This document shows positions 26,683 to 33,609 of a DNA stretch of 58,117 nt, piece by piece (within the stretch, counting starts at the first letter, position 1; each line of letters starts with the position of its first letter). Under the pieces are notes generated by a model that worked only from the letters and a program-made list of their open reading frames with translations, did not search any database and had not been told where the DNA came from. The stretch covers positions 1 through 58,117 of the forward strand of contig JAUYAV010000005.1 in the NCBI GenBank assembly GCA_030693325.1, written 5' to 3'. The position numbers were made by a program, and so were the translations under genes. The DNA comes from a bacterium (GTDB lineage Bacteria; Patescibacteriota; Minisyncoccia; UBA6257; MFKM01).

Positions 26683-26913
26683 ATGTTAGCCATTAAATTA
26701 AAAAGAATAGGAAAAAAAGGCCAGGCCTCGTTTAGAATTATTATTGCCGAGAAACGTTCAAAAATTAACGGCCGCTTTGTTGAGGACTTGGGCTGGTACA
26801 ATCCGCATACCAATAAGTTTAAAATTAATATGGAGCGGGTTGATTATTGGACAAAGAGCGGCGCTCAACCGACTCCGAGTATGAAAAATCTGTTAAAAAA
26901 ACAGAAAGTTTAA
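26683..26913 (+). CDS. rpsP: 30S ribosomal protein S16
   Basis: MLAIKLKRIGKKGQASFRIIIAEKRSKINGRFVEDLGWYNP is a typical S16 N-terminus. Confidence 0.93.
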   Translation: MLAIKLKRIGKKGQASFRIIIAEKRSKINGRFVEDLGWYNPHTNKFKINMERVDYWTKSGAQPTPSMKNLLKKQKV

Positions 26914-26997
26914 TTTTTAATTATATGGGAGGAAAAGGAATGTAATAAAAATATGAATTTTGATGCAGGAGGATCAATGTATTAATTGAAAAATGGA

Positions 26998-27026
26998 TTG
27001 ACTTTACCTTAAAAGCGTGTTATGAT
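26998..27026 (+). promoter_or_regulatory. Candidate promoter with extended -10
   Basis: TTGACT (26998..27003), a 17-nt spacer ending in TGT, then TATGAT (27021..27026). Lies upstream of the KH-domain gene. Confidence 0.45.
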
Positions 27027-27113
27027 GATTTATAAGTTTAATTTTTTTGAAAATTTGGATGTTTAGAAAAAAGGTCGAATATTATTGAAAAACTAGAAAT
27101 CTAGAAACTCAGT

Positions 27114-27425
27114 ATGACAGGTGATTATCAGGCGTTCCTTGAATTTCTTATCAAAGCCATTGTTGACAATCCTGACGATGTCAAGATTGAACGCAAGGTA
27201 GATGAGATGGGAGTTCTGCTTTCTTTGAAAGTTAACCCCCAGGACATGGGCCAAGTAATTGGCCGCCAAGGTGCGACAGCTAAATCTATTCGTTCTCTGT
27301 TGCGGATTGTAGGCGTGAAAAATAATGCCCGGGTTAATCTGAAAATTGAAGAGCCCGAAGGCAGCACTCGCTTCAATCAGCCCAGCGAAGGAGTACAGAA
27401 AGTTGTTGAAGATTTGAAGTTCTAA
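27114..27425 (+). CDS. KH-domain RNA-binding protein (YlqC/UPF0109-like)
   Basis: GxxG-type KH loop VIGRQGATAKSIRSLL, in the conserved rpsP-KH-trmD neighbourhood. Confidence 0.8.
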   Translation: MTGDYQAFLEFLIKAIVDNPDDVKIERKVDEMGVLLSLKVNPQDMGQVIGRQGATAKSIRSLLRIVGVKNNARVNLKIEEPEGSTRFNQPSEGVQKVVEDLKF

Positions 27426-27447
27426 TAAAAAGAATTCAAACTCATCA

Positions 27448-27485
27448 AAACCGTGCTATTATTTATTAATAGCGCGGTTTTTGAT
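27448..27485 (+). terminator. Hairpin plus T-run after the KH gene
   Basis: AAACCGTGCTATTA-loop-TAATAGCGCGGTTT followed by TT. It overlaps the upstream GTG-extended version of trmD, which supports the downstream start. Confidence 0.55.
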
Positions 27486-27515
27486 TGGGTAGATTTTTTT
27501 CCATCCATTATCTAT

Positions 27516-28196
27516 ATGGTTTTTGATATCATCACAATTTTTCCAGAGGCGTTTTCTTATCTTAATGAATCAATCTTAAAACGAGCCCAGAAAAAGGGTT
27601 TGCTTGAAATTAAAATTCACAATCTCCGGGATTTCACCGAAGACAAACATCGGAAAGTTGATGACAAACCTTATGCCGGCGGCCCGGGAATGGTAATTAA
27701 AATTGAACCCATTATAAAAGCGGTTCAATCTTTAACTAAAAAATCTAAATACTCAAAAACTAAAAGCTTAATTATTTTATTTTCTCCGGCAGGGAAACAG
27801 TTTGACAGCAAAATGGCAGTTGGATTGGCGAAAAAATGCGAGCGTTTAATTTTTATCTGCGGGCATTATGAGGGGATTGATGCGAGAGTTAAAAAGGCGA
27901 TTTCTGATATGGGGTTGAAAATTGAAGAAATTTCTGTCGGCCCTTATGTTTTGAGCGGCGGCGAATTGCCGGCGATGATTTTAATTGACGCCGTTTCCCG
28001 CCATTTGCCCGGAGTTTTGGGAAAAGAGGAATCGCTTGAAGAAAAACGCCTGGGTATCGGCGTGCCGGCCTACACCCGGCCGGAAATTTTTGTTCATAAA
28101 GGCAAAAAATATCCGGCGCCAAAAATTTTATTGTCCGGCAATCACGCGGCGATTGTTCAATGGCGAACCAAACATCGGCAAAAGAAAGATTTCTAA
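27516..28196 (+). CDS. trmD: tRNA (guanine37-N1)-methyltransferase
   Basis: MVFDIITIFPEAF, DDKPYAGGPGMV and the SPOUT knot region ICGHYEGIDARV...LSGGELPAM. Confidence 0.92.
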   Translation: MVFDIITIFPEAFSYLNESILKRAQKKGLLEIKIHNLRDFTEDKHRKVDDKPYAGGPGMVIKIEPIIKAVQSLTKKSKYSKTKSLIILFSPAGKQFDSKMAVGLAKKCERLIFICGHYEGIDARVKKAISDMGLKIEEISVGPYVLSGGELPAMILIDAVSRHLPGVLGKEESLEEKRLGIGVPAYTRPEIFVHKGKKYPAPKILLSGNHAAIVQWRTKHRQKKDF

Positions 28197-28239
28197 CGGG
28201 GATTGACCCCATAGAACAATTTTGTTATCCTTTTCTTTT

Positions 28240-28989
28240 ATGATAGAAACGGAATTAGACATAACCCAAAATAGCCATTTTAAGGAAATGCTTGAAGCGG
28301 GCATAATTTACGGCCACAAAAAAGCCAAGACCAATCCCAAGATGAGGCCGCATATTTTTTCCACCCGCAACGGCATTGAATTGATTGACCTTAAAGCCGT
28401 TATTTCGGCGCTGGATAAAGCCAGGGATTTTCTTAAAGAGAAAACCAGCCAGGGCGCGACGGTGTGCATGGTTGGCACTCAGCCGGCTGCCCAGAAACTC
28501 ATTGAAGATTTTGCCCAAAAACATAATTTACCTTTTATGACGCAGCGTTGGTTGGGTGGGATTTTAACCAATTTTAAAATTATCAACCAGCGGGTGAATT
28601 ATTATCTGGGGTTGAAAGCCAAAAAAGAGCAGGGCGAATTGGACAAATACACCAAAAAAGAACGGGTGAAAATAGATAAAGAGATAACTAAAATGGGAAA
28701 GGCCTTCAGCGGATTGGTTTATCTCAATAAACTGCCGGATGTTTTATTTGTGATTGATACTTTGGAGCATAAAAACGCGGTTCACGAAGCCAAACTCCTG
28801 AAGATTCCGGTAATCGCCGTTATGTCAACCGATTGCGACCCTTCAATAATTGATTATCCGATTCCAGGCAACGACCACAGCAAGGCCAGTATTGATTGGA
28901 TCCTGAAATATTTGGAACCGGCTTTTGTCAAAAGCGCTGAGCCCGCAGGAGAACTTTCGGTTCCACGTGAGGCAGGCAAAACTCAATAA
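28240..28989 (+). CDS. rpsB: 30S ribosomal protein S2
   Basis: [19 protein letters not shown] and the conserved core. The ATG at 28240 is preferred over the TTG at 28222. Confidence 0.93.
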   Translation: MIETELDITQNSHFKEMLEAGIIYGHKKAKTNPKMRPHIFSTRNGIELIDLKAVISALDKARDFLKEKTSQGATVCMVGTQPAAQKLIEDFAQKHNLPFMTQRWLGGILTNFKIINQRVNYYLGLKAKKEQGELDKYTKKERVKIDKEITKMGKAFSGLVYLNKLPDVLFVIDTLEHKNAVHEAKLLKIPVIAVMSTDCDPSIIDYPIPGNDHSKASIDWILKYLEPAFVKSAEPAGELSVPREAGKTQ

Positions 28990-29006
28990 TATTTTTTTAA
29001 TTATTT

Positions 29007-29459
29007 ATGGCCAAAGTTAATATTGAAGTTATTCAAAAACTTAGAGACGCAACCGGTGCCGGCGTGATGTCTTGTAAAAAGGCGTATGCCGAGGCGAACG
29101 GTGATTTTGCCAAAGCCGTGGCCCTTATTAAAGAACGGGGATTGGTCAAGGTGGAGCAAAAATCAGACCGTTCAACAGGCGCGGGGCTTCTTGAAACCTA
29201 TATCCACAATGACCGAGTGGGGGTTATGCTGGAACTTCGTTGTGAAACTGATTTTGTGGCTCGTTCGGATGTTTTTAAAGGATTGGCGCATAATTTGGTT
29301 ATGCAAATTGCCGCGATGGAGCCCGTTGATGTTAAAAATTTGCTTTCTCAGCCCTATATTAAAAACGAAGCAATGGCTATAAATGATTTGATAAAAGATG
29401 CTATCGCCAGAGTGGGGGAGAATGTTAAAGTAGAAAGGTTTTGCCGATACGAATTGTAA
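29007..29459 (+). CDS. tsf: Elongation factor Ts (short form, 150 aa)
   Basis: N-terminal UBA-like IQKLRDATGAGVMSCKKAYAEANGDFAKAVALIKERG and TDFVARSD. Follows rpsB as usual. Confidence 0.88.
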   Translation: MAKVNIEVIQKLRDATGAGVMSCKKAYAEANGDFAKAVALIKERGLVKVEQKSDRSTGAGLLETYIHNDRVGVMLELRCETDFVARSDVFKGLAHNLVMQIAAMEPVDVKNLLSQPYIKNEAMAINDLIKDAIARVGENVKVERFCRYEL

Positions 29460-29468
29460 ATAAAATTT

Positions 29469-29765
29469 ATGTACGATTTCATTCTTCAAATTTTTATAAT
29501 GGTCAGTTTGGGAACGGTTATTTTTTTGGCGGCTCGGGTTTTGCCGCGGATTAGCGAAACCGTTAATACCTCAAAAACAAAAGCTAATCGGTTCAGTTCT
29601 TTTCCTTTTGAAAAGATTGACGCGGCGGTTAACGCTTTTCTTGAGAAAACACTTCGTAAAATAAAACTGATTTTTTTGAAGATGGATAATACGATAAGCA
29701 AGTTGCTTGAAAAGTTCAAAAAAAATGGCGATGGCGGAAGCGCTGGTAATGGATTAACCAAATAA
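29469..29765 (+). CDS. Hypothetical small membrane protein
   Basis: 98-aa ORF with one N-terminal hydrophobic helix. No motif recognised. Confidence 0.45.
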   Translation: MYDFILQIFIMVSLGTVIFLAARVLPRISETVNTSKTKANRFSSFPFEKIDAAVNAFLEKTLRKIKLIFLKMDNTISKLLEKFKKNGDGGSAGNGLTK

Positions 29766-29803
29766 TGTAGAATATGGGCATTCCATCAATTAGCAGTTAA
29801 GAT

Positions 29804-29890
29804 GCGCAGGTGGCAGAGTGGTCAAATGCATCAGACTGTAAATCTGACGCCCTTGCGGCTACGCAGGTTCGAATCCTGCCCTGCGCACCA
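29804..29890 (+). tRNA. tRNA-Tyr (anticodon GUA), long variable arm, CCA encoded
   Basis: Acceptor GCGCAGG/CCTGCGC, anticodon loop CTGTAAA, T-arm GCAGG TTCGAAT CCTGC, ending ACCA. Confidence 0.92.
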
Positions 29891-29897
29891 AGCTACT

Positions 29898-29971
29898 GCC
29901 GAGGTAGCTCAGTGGTAGAGCAACTGTTTTGCTCCGATATTCTCAAAACTCTAAGTTTTGTTAGAATATCG
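29898..29971 (+). other. tRNA-like 5' half (acceptor strand, D-arm, anticodon-stem 5' strand) fused to a 16-bp AT-rich hairpin
   Basis: GCCGAGG TA GCTC AGTGGTA GAGC A ACTGT TTTGCTC is followed by the hairpin CGATATTCTCAAAACT-CTA-AGTTTTGTTAGAATATCG. No T-arm or matching 3' acceptor strand appears before the next tRNA. Confidence 0.6.
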
Positions 29972-29998
29972 AGAGTCCTCAATGTTCTAAAAAATTTT

Positions 29999-30070
29999 GC
30001 CACCTTAGCTCAACGGCAGAGCAACACTTTTGTAAAGTGAAGGTTCCGAGTTCAAATCTCGGAGGTGGCT
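29999..30070 (+). tRNA. tRNA-Thr (anticodon UGU)
   Basis: GCCACCT TA GCTC AACGGCA GAGC A ACACT TTTGTAA AGTGA AGGTT CCGAG TTCAAAT CTCGG AGGTGGC T. Confidence 0.92.
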
Positions 30071-30118
30071 CAGGTAAAATTTTAGAACATCGGGATAAAC
30101 AGCAGTCAAGAAAATTTT

Positions 30119-30191
30119 GCCTGGGTAGCTCAGTTGGCAGAGCACGTCTTTGGTAAAGACGAGGTCGGCGGTTCAATCCCGCCTCCAGGCT
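30119..30191 (+). tRNA. tRNA-Thr (anticodon GGU)
   Basis: GCCTGGG TA GCTC AGTTGGCA GAGC A CGTCT TTGGTAA AGACG AGGTC GGCGG TTCAATC CCGCC TCCAGGC T. Confidence 0.92.
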
Positions 30192-30247
30192 CAGGAATTT
30201 AGTTTACGAGTTTTGAGTTTATGAGTTAATGAGTAATGGATTAGCAT

Positions 30248-30595
30248 ATGTTTTTATTTGAAAATTTAGATGTTTATCAAAGAAGTTTGAAATTAGCTAT
30301 AAATATTTGTAAAATAGCTAATAATTTTTCTATAAAATTTTCTCGATTAAGGGATCAATTTATAGGTGCCGGAATTTCGGTTCCTTTAAATATTGCCGAA
30401 GGCTCGGGGAGGGATTCTCAAAAAGGAAAGAAAAATTTTTATAAAATCAGTCGGACATCGCTTTTTGAATTAATCCCGATTTTGGAAATTTGTTTAAACT
30501 TGGAATTAATAAATAAAATTGTGTATAATGAATTTAAAGAAGAGATTGAATCGCTTTCAAAAATGTTGAGTGGTTTAATGAAATCTTTAGAATAA
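30248..30595 (+). CDS. Four-helix-bundle protein (23S rRNA intervening-sequence protein family)
   Basis: FENLDVYQRSLKLA..., NIAEGSGR and FYKISRTSLFEL match the family pattern as I recall it. Confidence 0.8.
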   Translation: MFLFENLDVYQRSLKLAINICKIANNFSIKFSRLRDQFIGAGISVPLNIAEGSGRDSQKGKKNFYKISRTSLFELIPILEICLNLELINKIVYNEFKEEIESLSKMLSGLMKSLE

Positions 30596-30647
30596 ATAGG
30601 ATTAATTACTAATTAACTCATCAACTAATTACTCATTAACTTAAAAC

Positions 30648-30824
30648 ATGGCAAACGCAAAATCAAAATTTTCGGAATATTTAATAAGGCTGAAATGCGC
30701 CGTTTGTAAGCGGGTGAATTATTACACGCGCAAAAACAAGAAAACCGTTGAGAAAAAATTAGAATACAAAAAACATTGCAAGTGGTGCAAGAAACACACT
30801 ATTCATAAAGAAGCCAAGAAATAA
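30648..30824 (+). CDS. rpmG: 50S ribosomal protein L33 (58 aa, below the ORF-track size cutoff)
   Basis: My translation is MANAKSKFSEYLIRLKCAVCKRVNYYTRKNKKTVEKKLEYKKHCKWCKKHTIHKEAKK. It has the CxxC...CxxC zinc-type L33 pattern and a terminator follows. Confidence 0.85.
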   Translation: MANAKSKFSEYLIRLKCAVCKRVNYYTRKNKKTVEKKLEYKKHCKWCKKHTIHKEAKK

Positions 30825-30828
30825 AAAA

Positions 30829-30866
30829 GCCGCTGAATGATAATGATTCAGTGGCTTTTAGATTTT
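30829..30866. terminator. Bidirectional rho-independent terminator
   Basis: GCCGCTGAAT-loop-ATTCAGTGGC. The plus strand continues TTTTAGATTTT and the minus strand continues TTTTTTATTTC. Confidence 0.75.
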
Positions 30867-30883
30867 GGAGCATATCGCTCCTT

Positions 30884-31025
30884 GAATTCCAGTCGGATCT
30901 GGAAAAAAGTATATGTGGGGAGGCACAAGGCCGTGGTAAGAAGGCTAGCTACCTCCCGAAGCTAGCTGTTAGAAGCGCCACCGCCGCGTGTCCGCCCTCC
31001 CAGCTATTACCCGACAGGAGAATTC
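30884..31025 (-). ncRNA. Candidate structured small RNA: 142-nt GC-rich irregular hairpin (possibly 4.5S/SRP-like; identity uncertain)
   Basis: The arms pair from GAATTC (30884) to GAATTC (31020..31025). The minus-strand apex CAGCUAGCUUCGGGAGGUAGCUAGCC loosely resembles the SRP helix-8 CAGGUCCGGAAGGAAGCAGCC. It has its own minus-strand promoter and terminator. Confidence 0.45.
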
Positions 31026-31063
31026 GCCGTTCAGTATTGTTTTATTAAAAAAGTACTGCTATA

Positions 31064-31093
31064 ATTATAGCATAATTATTTATATTTTGTCAA
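31064..31093 (-). promoter_or_regulatory. Consensus-like promoter facing the candidate sRNA
   Basis: Minus strand TTGACA (31088..31093), an 18-nt spacer, then TATAAT (31064..31069). A plus-strand TATAAT (31060..31065) overlaps it and could serve tRNA-Trp. Confidence 0.5.
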
Positions 31094-31164
31094 GGGGGTG
31101 TGGTTCAGTGGTAGAATGCTTCTCTCCAAAAGAAGAGACCAGGGTTCGATTCCTTGCACCCCCG
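31094..31164 (+). tRNA. tRNA-Trp (anticodon CCA)
   Basis: GGGGGTG TG GTTC AGTGGTA GAAT G CTTCT CTCCAAA AGAAG AGAC CAGGG TTCGATT CCTTG CACCCCC G. Confidence 0.92.
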
Positions 31165-31168
31165 CTAA

Positions 31169-31795
31169 ATGTTCACTAAAGAATCTCTAATTAAAGATTT
31201 AGTCAAAGAGGGTTTTCTCAAAACTCTCTCTTTTATAGAGGCCTTTGAAAAGATTGACCGGCTTGATTTCGTCCCGGAAAAATTAAAAAATGAGGCCTAT
31301 TTCAATCAACCTTTGTCTATCGGGTTTGATCAGACGATTTCTCAGCCCTTGACAGTCGCCTTTATGCTGGAGCTTTTGGAACCGAAACCCGGCGAAAAAA
31401 TTTTAGATGTCGGCGCCGGCAGCGGCTGGGTGAGCGCTCTTTTGGCTTATATTGTCGGAGAAAAAGGAAAAGTTTGCGCTTTTGAAAGAATCCCGGAGCT
31501 CTGTGAATTCGGCAAGAAAAATGTCGCTAAATATAACTTTATAGAAAAAGGCATTGTGGAGTTTTTTTGCGGCGACGCTTCAAAAGGATATTCTGAAGAA
31601 GCGCCATACGACAGAGTAATAGCCGGAGCCGCCGCCGAAGAAATTCCTTCGGCTTGGAAAGAAGAACTTAAAATTGGCGGCCGCCTGGTGATGCCGGTTG
31701 GGCATAATATAATAGTTCTGGATAAAATCAGTTCAACGGAATTTGAAAAAAAAGAGTTTTTCGGTTTCAGCTTCGTTCCTTTGGTTAAAGATTAA
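31169..31795 (+). CDS. pcm: Protein-L-isoaspartate O-methyltransferase
   Basis: QTISQPLTVAFMLELL and the SAM-binding motif ILDVGAGSGW. Confidence 0.88.
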   Translation: MFTKESLIKDLVKEGFLKTLSFIEAFEKIDRLDFVPEKLKNEAYFNQPLSIGFDQTISQPLTVAFMLELLEPKPGEKILDVGAGSGWVSALLAYIVGEKGKVCAFERIPELCEFGKKNVAKYNFIEKGIVEFFCGDASKGYSEEAPYDRVIAGAAAEEIPSAWKEELKIGGRLVMPVGHNIIVLDKISSTEFEKKEFFGFSFVPLVKD

Positions 31796-31799
31796 AGTA

Positions 31800-31828
31800 T
31801 TGACACTTTCAAAGTTGTGCTCTATTAT
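31800..31828 (+). promoter_or_regulatory. Candidate promoter of the rplJL operon
   Basis: TTGACA (31800..31805), a 17-nt spacer, then TATTAT (31823..31828). Confidence 0.55.
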
Positions 31829-31835
31829 AGGATAA

Positions 31836-31917
31836 TAATCCGCAGAAAGTGGGCATAAACATAAGACCCGCCGAGGATTAAAAATTATTTTTTTCTGCGG
31901 ACGAAAGTCCGTTTTTT
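31836..31917 (+). promoter_or_regulatory. Ribosomal-protein L10-leader-like attenuator (anti-terminator/terminator alternative)
   Basis: TCCGCAGAAA (31839..31848) pairs with TTTCTGCGGA (31892..31901). The 3' strand overlaps the terminator CGGAC-GAAA-GTCCG plus TTTTTT (31898..31917). Located in the 5' UTR of rplJ. Confidence 0.6.
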
Positions 31918-32027
31918 ATTTCCCGATTTTGTATGAGTAAAACGAATTAACAAAATCGAGGACCCAGCACATAAAGCGTTATGTGTTGGGTGCTCAATGT
32001 TGTGGTAAAATTTACTTCGCATTGAGC

Positions 32028-32047
32028 CCTGCCTGCCGGCAGGCAGG
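32028..32047. repeat. CCTGCCTGCCGGCAGGCAGG palindrome, copy 2 (rplJ 5' UTR)
   Basis: Read directly from the sequence; identical core to 13096..13115 and 49091..49110. Confidence 0.95.
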
Positions 32048-32070
32048 TCGTAAATTTAAACAACATTGGC

Positions 32071-32559
32071 ATGAAATCAAAGGAACAAAAAATTGAAGAA
32101 TTAAAATCAGGCGAAGAGCTTTTCAAAAAAAGCCAGAGTTTGATTTTTGTTGATTTCGGAAAGGTTTCAACCGAGAAGATGTGGTTGCTGAAAGCGAAAC
32201 TCAAAAAAATTGACGCTCAATTTAAAGTTGTCAAAAAACGTTTGTTAAGAATCATTCTGAAGGAAAACAAAATTGATTTTGACCCGCATTTAATTTTTAA
32301 AGGGCAGATGGGAACGATTTTTTCCGGCAGTGATATTTCCTCGGCCGCCGGTCCCGTGTATAAATCTTTCGCGGGAATTCAGGTATTGGGCGCTTATGAT
32401 TTAAAAGACAAACAATTTTTAGCGGCTGACGCGTTTAAGAAGATTGCTCTTCTGCCGTCGCGGGAAATATTGCTGTCGCAATTGGTTGGAATGTTGGCGG
32501 CGCCGATAAAAATGTTTATGTTCGTATTAAGCGAAAAATCAAAAATGGTCGAAAAATAA
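32071..32559 (+). CDS. rplJ: 50S ribosomal protein L10
   Basis: 162 aa with an L10-like N-terminus (KEQKIEELKS...LIFVDFGKVSTEKMWLLKAKLK). Directly upstream of rplL. Confidence 0.88.
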   Translation: MKSKEQKIEELKSGEELFKKSQSLIFVDFGKVSTEKMWLLKAKLKKIDAQFKVVKKRLLRIILKENKIDFDPHLIFKGQMGTIFSGSDISSAAGPVYKSFAGIQVLGAYDLKDKQFLAADAFKKIALLPSREILLSQLVGMLAAPIKMFMFVLSEKSKMVEK

Positions 32560-32583
32560 TAAATTTTATTTCAAATTTAAAAT

Positions 32584-32958
32584 ATGGAAAAATTTAAAGA
32601 TATAATTGAAAAAATAGAAAAATTAACCGTGGTGGAACTCGCCGAATTGGTGAAAACTTTGGAAGAAAAATTCGGTGTTTCAGCGTCTATGCCGGCTTCG
32701 GCCGCCGTAGCCGGTAGTGAAGATGGTTCGGCTGCTGCTGTTGAAAAAACTGCTTTCAATGTTATCTTGAAAGTTAGCGGTGACCAGAAAATTAATGTTA
32801 TCAAGGTCATCAAAGAAGCTACCGGCCTTGGTTTGAAAGAATCAAAAGATATCGCCGATGGAGCGCCGAAAACTATTAAGGAAGGAATGAAGAAAGAAGA
32901 CGCCGAAGATTTGAAGAGCAAATTAGAAGCGGTTGGCGCGACAGTTGAAATTCAATAG
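32584..32958 (+). CDS. rplL: 50S ribosomal protein L7/L12
   Basis: N-terminal dimerisation helix, Ala-rich hinge and C-terminal domain [28 protein letters not shown]...[17 protein letters not shown]. Confidence 0.95.
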   Translation: MEKFKDIIEKIEKLTVVELAELVKTLEEKFGVSASMPASAAVAGSEDGSAAAVEKTAFNVILKVSGDQKINVIKVIKEATGLGLKESKDIADGAPKTIKEGMKKEDAEDLKSKLEAVGATVEIQ

Positions 32959-32985
32959 TATAGTTCTAAAACTATAAACTCAAAG

Positions 32986-33014
32986 AAGCCGATTGAATTT
33001 ATCGGCTTTTTTGT
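32986..33014 (+). terminator. Rho-independent terminator after rplL
   Basis: AAGCCGAT-TGAATTT-ATCGGCTT followed by TTTTGTTTT. Confidence 0.8.
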
Positions 33015-33033
33015 TTTATAATAAAAAATGATA

Positions 33034-33105
33034 GGGCGCATAGTTTAATGGTAAAACGTCGCATTCACATTGCGAAGAGTCTAAGTTCGATTCTTAGTGT
33101 GCCCA
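33034..33105 (+). tRNA. tRNA-Val (anticodon CAC)
   Basis: GGGCGCA TA GTTT AATGGTA AAAC G TCGCA TTCACAT TGCGA AGAGT CTAAG TTCGATT CTTAG TGTGCCC A. Confidence 0.9.
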
Positions 33106-33107
33106 CA

Positions 33108-33337
33108 ATGTTTTGTGTTTACATTTTAAGAAGTTTAAAGAACGGAAGAAATTATACTGGTATATTGAAAGACGTCTCAAAGAACATAATTTTGGGGAAA
33201 GTAAATATACTAAATTAACTAAACCTTTTGTTCTAATTTACAAAGAGGAATATCAAACTAGAAAAGAAGCGGTTCAGCGAGAACTATTTTTTAAAAGTGG
33301 AAAGGGTAGGGAATGGATAAAAAATAATCTTGGTTAG
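33108..33337 (+). pseudogene. GIY-YIG nuclease superfamily gene with a single-base frameshift
   Basis: From the ATG at 33108 the frame reads MFCVYILRSLKNGRNYTG and then stops. The frame listed at 33113..33337 continues YIERRLKEHNFGESKYTKLTKPFVLIYKEEY...REWIKNNLG. One extra base after ACTGGT would join both into a typical small GIY-YIG protein of about 76 aa. Confidence 0.75.
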
Positions 33338-33386
33338 AGCGGTCGCCTACGGCGACAGGCCGCTGGTTTGATCCCAGCAATGCCAC
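33331..33386 (+). pseudogene. tRNA-like 3' fragment (D-loop to acceptor 3' strand), Val(UAC)-like, non-canonical anticodon loop
   Basis: TGGTTAGAGC G GTCGC CTACG GCGAC AGGCC GCTGG TTTGATC CCAGC AATGCCA C. There is no matching 5' acceptor strand or D-stem upstream, and the anticodon loop is only 5 nt if the full stem forms. Confidence 0.5.
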
Positions 33387-33406
33387 GGCTAAAAAGGTGA
33401 GGGACA

Positions 33407-33442
33407 AATCACTCCGATATGATATTGGAGTGATTTTTTTTG
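33407..33442 (+). terminator. Rho-independent terminator
   Basis: AATCACTCC-loop-GGAGTGATT followed by TTTTTTT. Confidence 0.8.
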
Positions 33443-33547
33443 CGAGGTGGATAAGTTGTGTACAACTTTAAATCGCAAATTTTTAAAATCCGCTTAAACA
33501 AAGGGTTTTTGACCTTTATTTTTTTCTTAAAAGCAAAAATTTCTATT

Positions 33548-33576
33548 TTGACTAAATAAGGCCGGTGGTGTAAGAT
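33548..33576 (+). promoter_or_regulatory. Candidate promoter of the mraZ (dcw) operon
   Basis: TTGACT (33548..33553), a 17-nt spacer, then TAAGAT (33571..33576). Confidence 0.45.
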
Positions 33577-33582
33577 AAAATA

Positions 33583-33609
33583 AAAGTGGGGGAAGGTGGA
33601 TAAAGGTGT
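33583..33609 (+). promoter_or_regulatory. Candidate MraZ operator: three direct heptamers at exact 10-nt phasing
   Basis: AAAGTGG (33583), AAGGTGG (33593) and AAGGTGT (33603), each separated by 3 nt. They lie between the candidate -10 and the mraZ ATG at 33645. Confidence 0.55.

Noticed and set aside
29810-30176. ORFs 29810..30040 (+) and 29979..30176 (-)
   Set aside because: They run across tRNA-Tyr, the tRNA-like fragment and two tRNA-Thr genes. These are typical tRNA read-through artefacts.
30851-31179. ORFs 30851..31048 and 30988..31179 (+)
   Set aside because: They cover the GC-rich hairpin RNA candidate and tRNA-Trp. The peptides are Arg/Ser/Pro-rich junk with no RBS.
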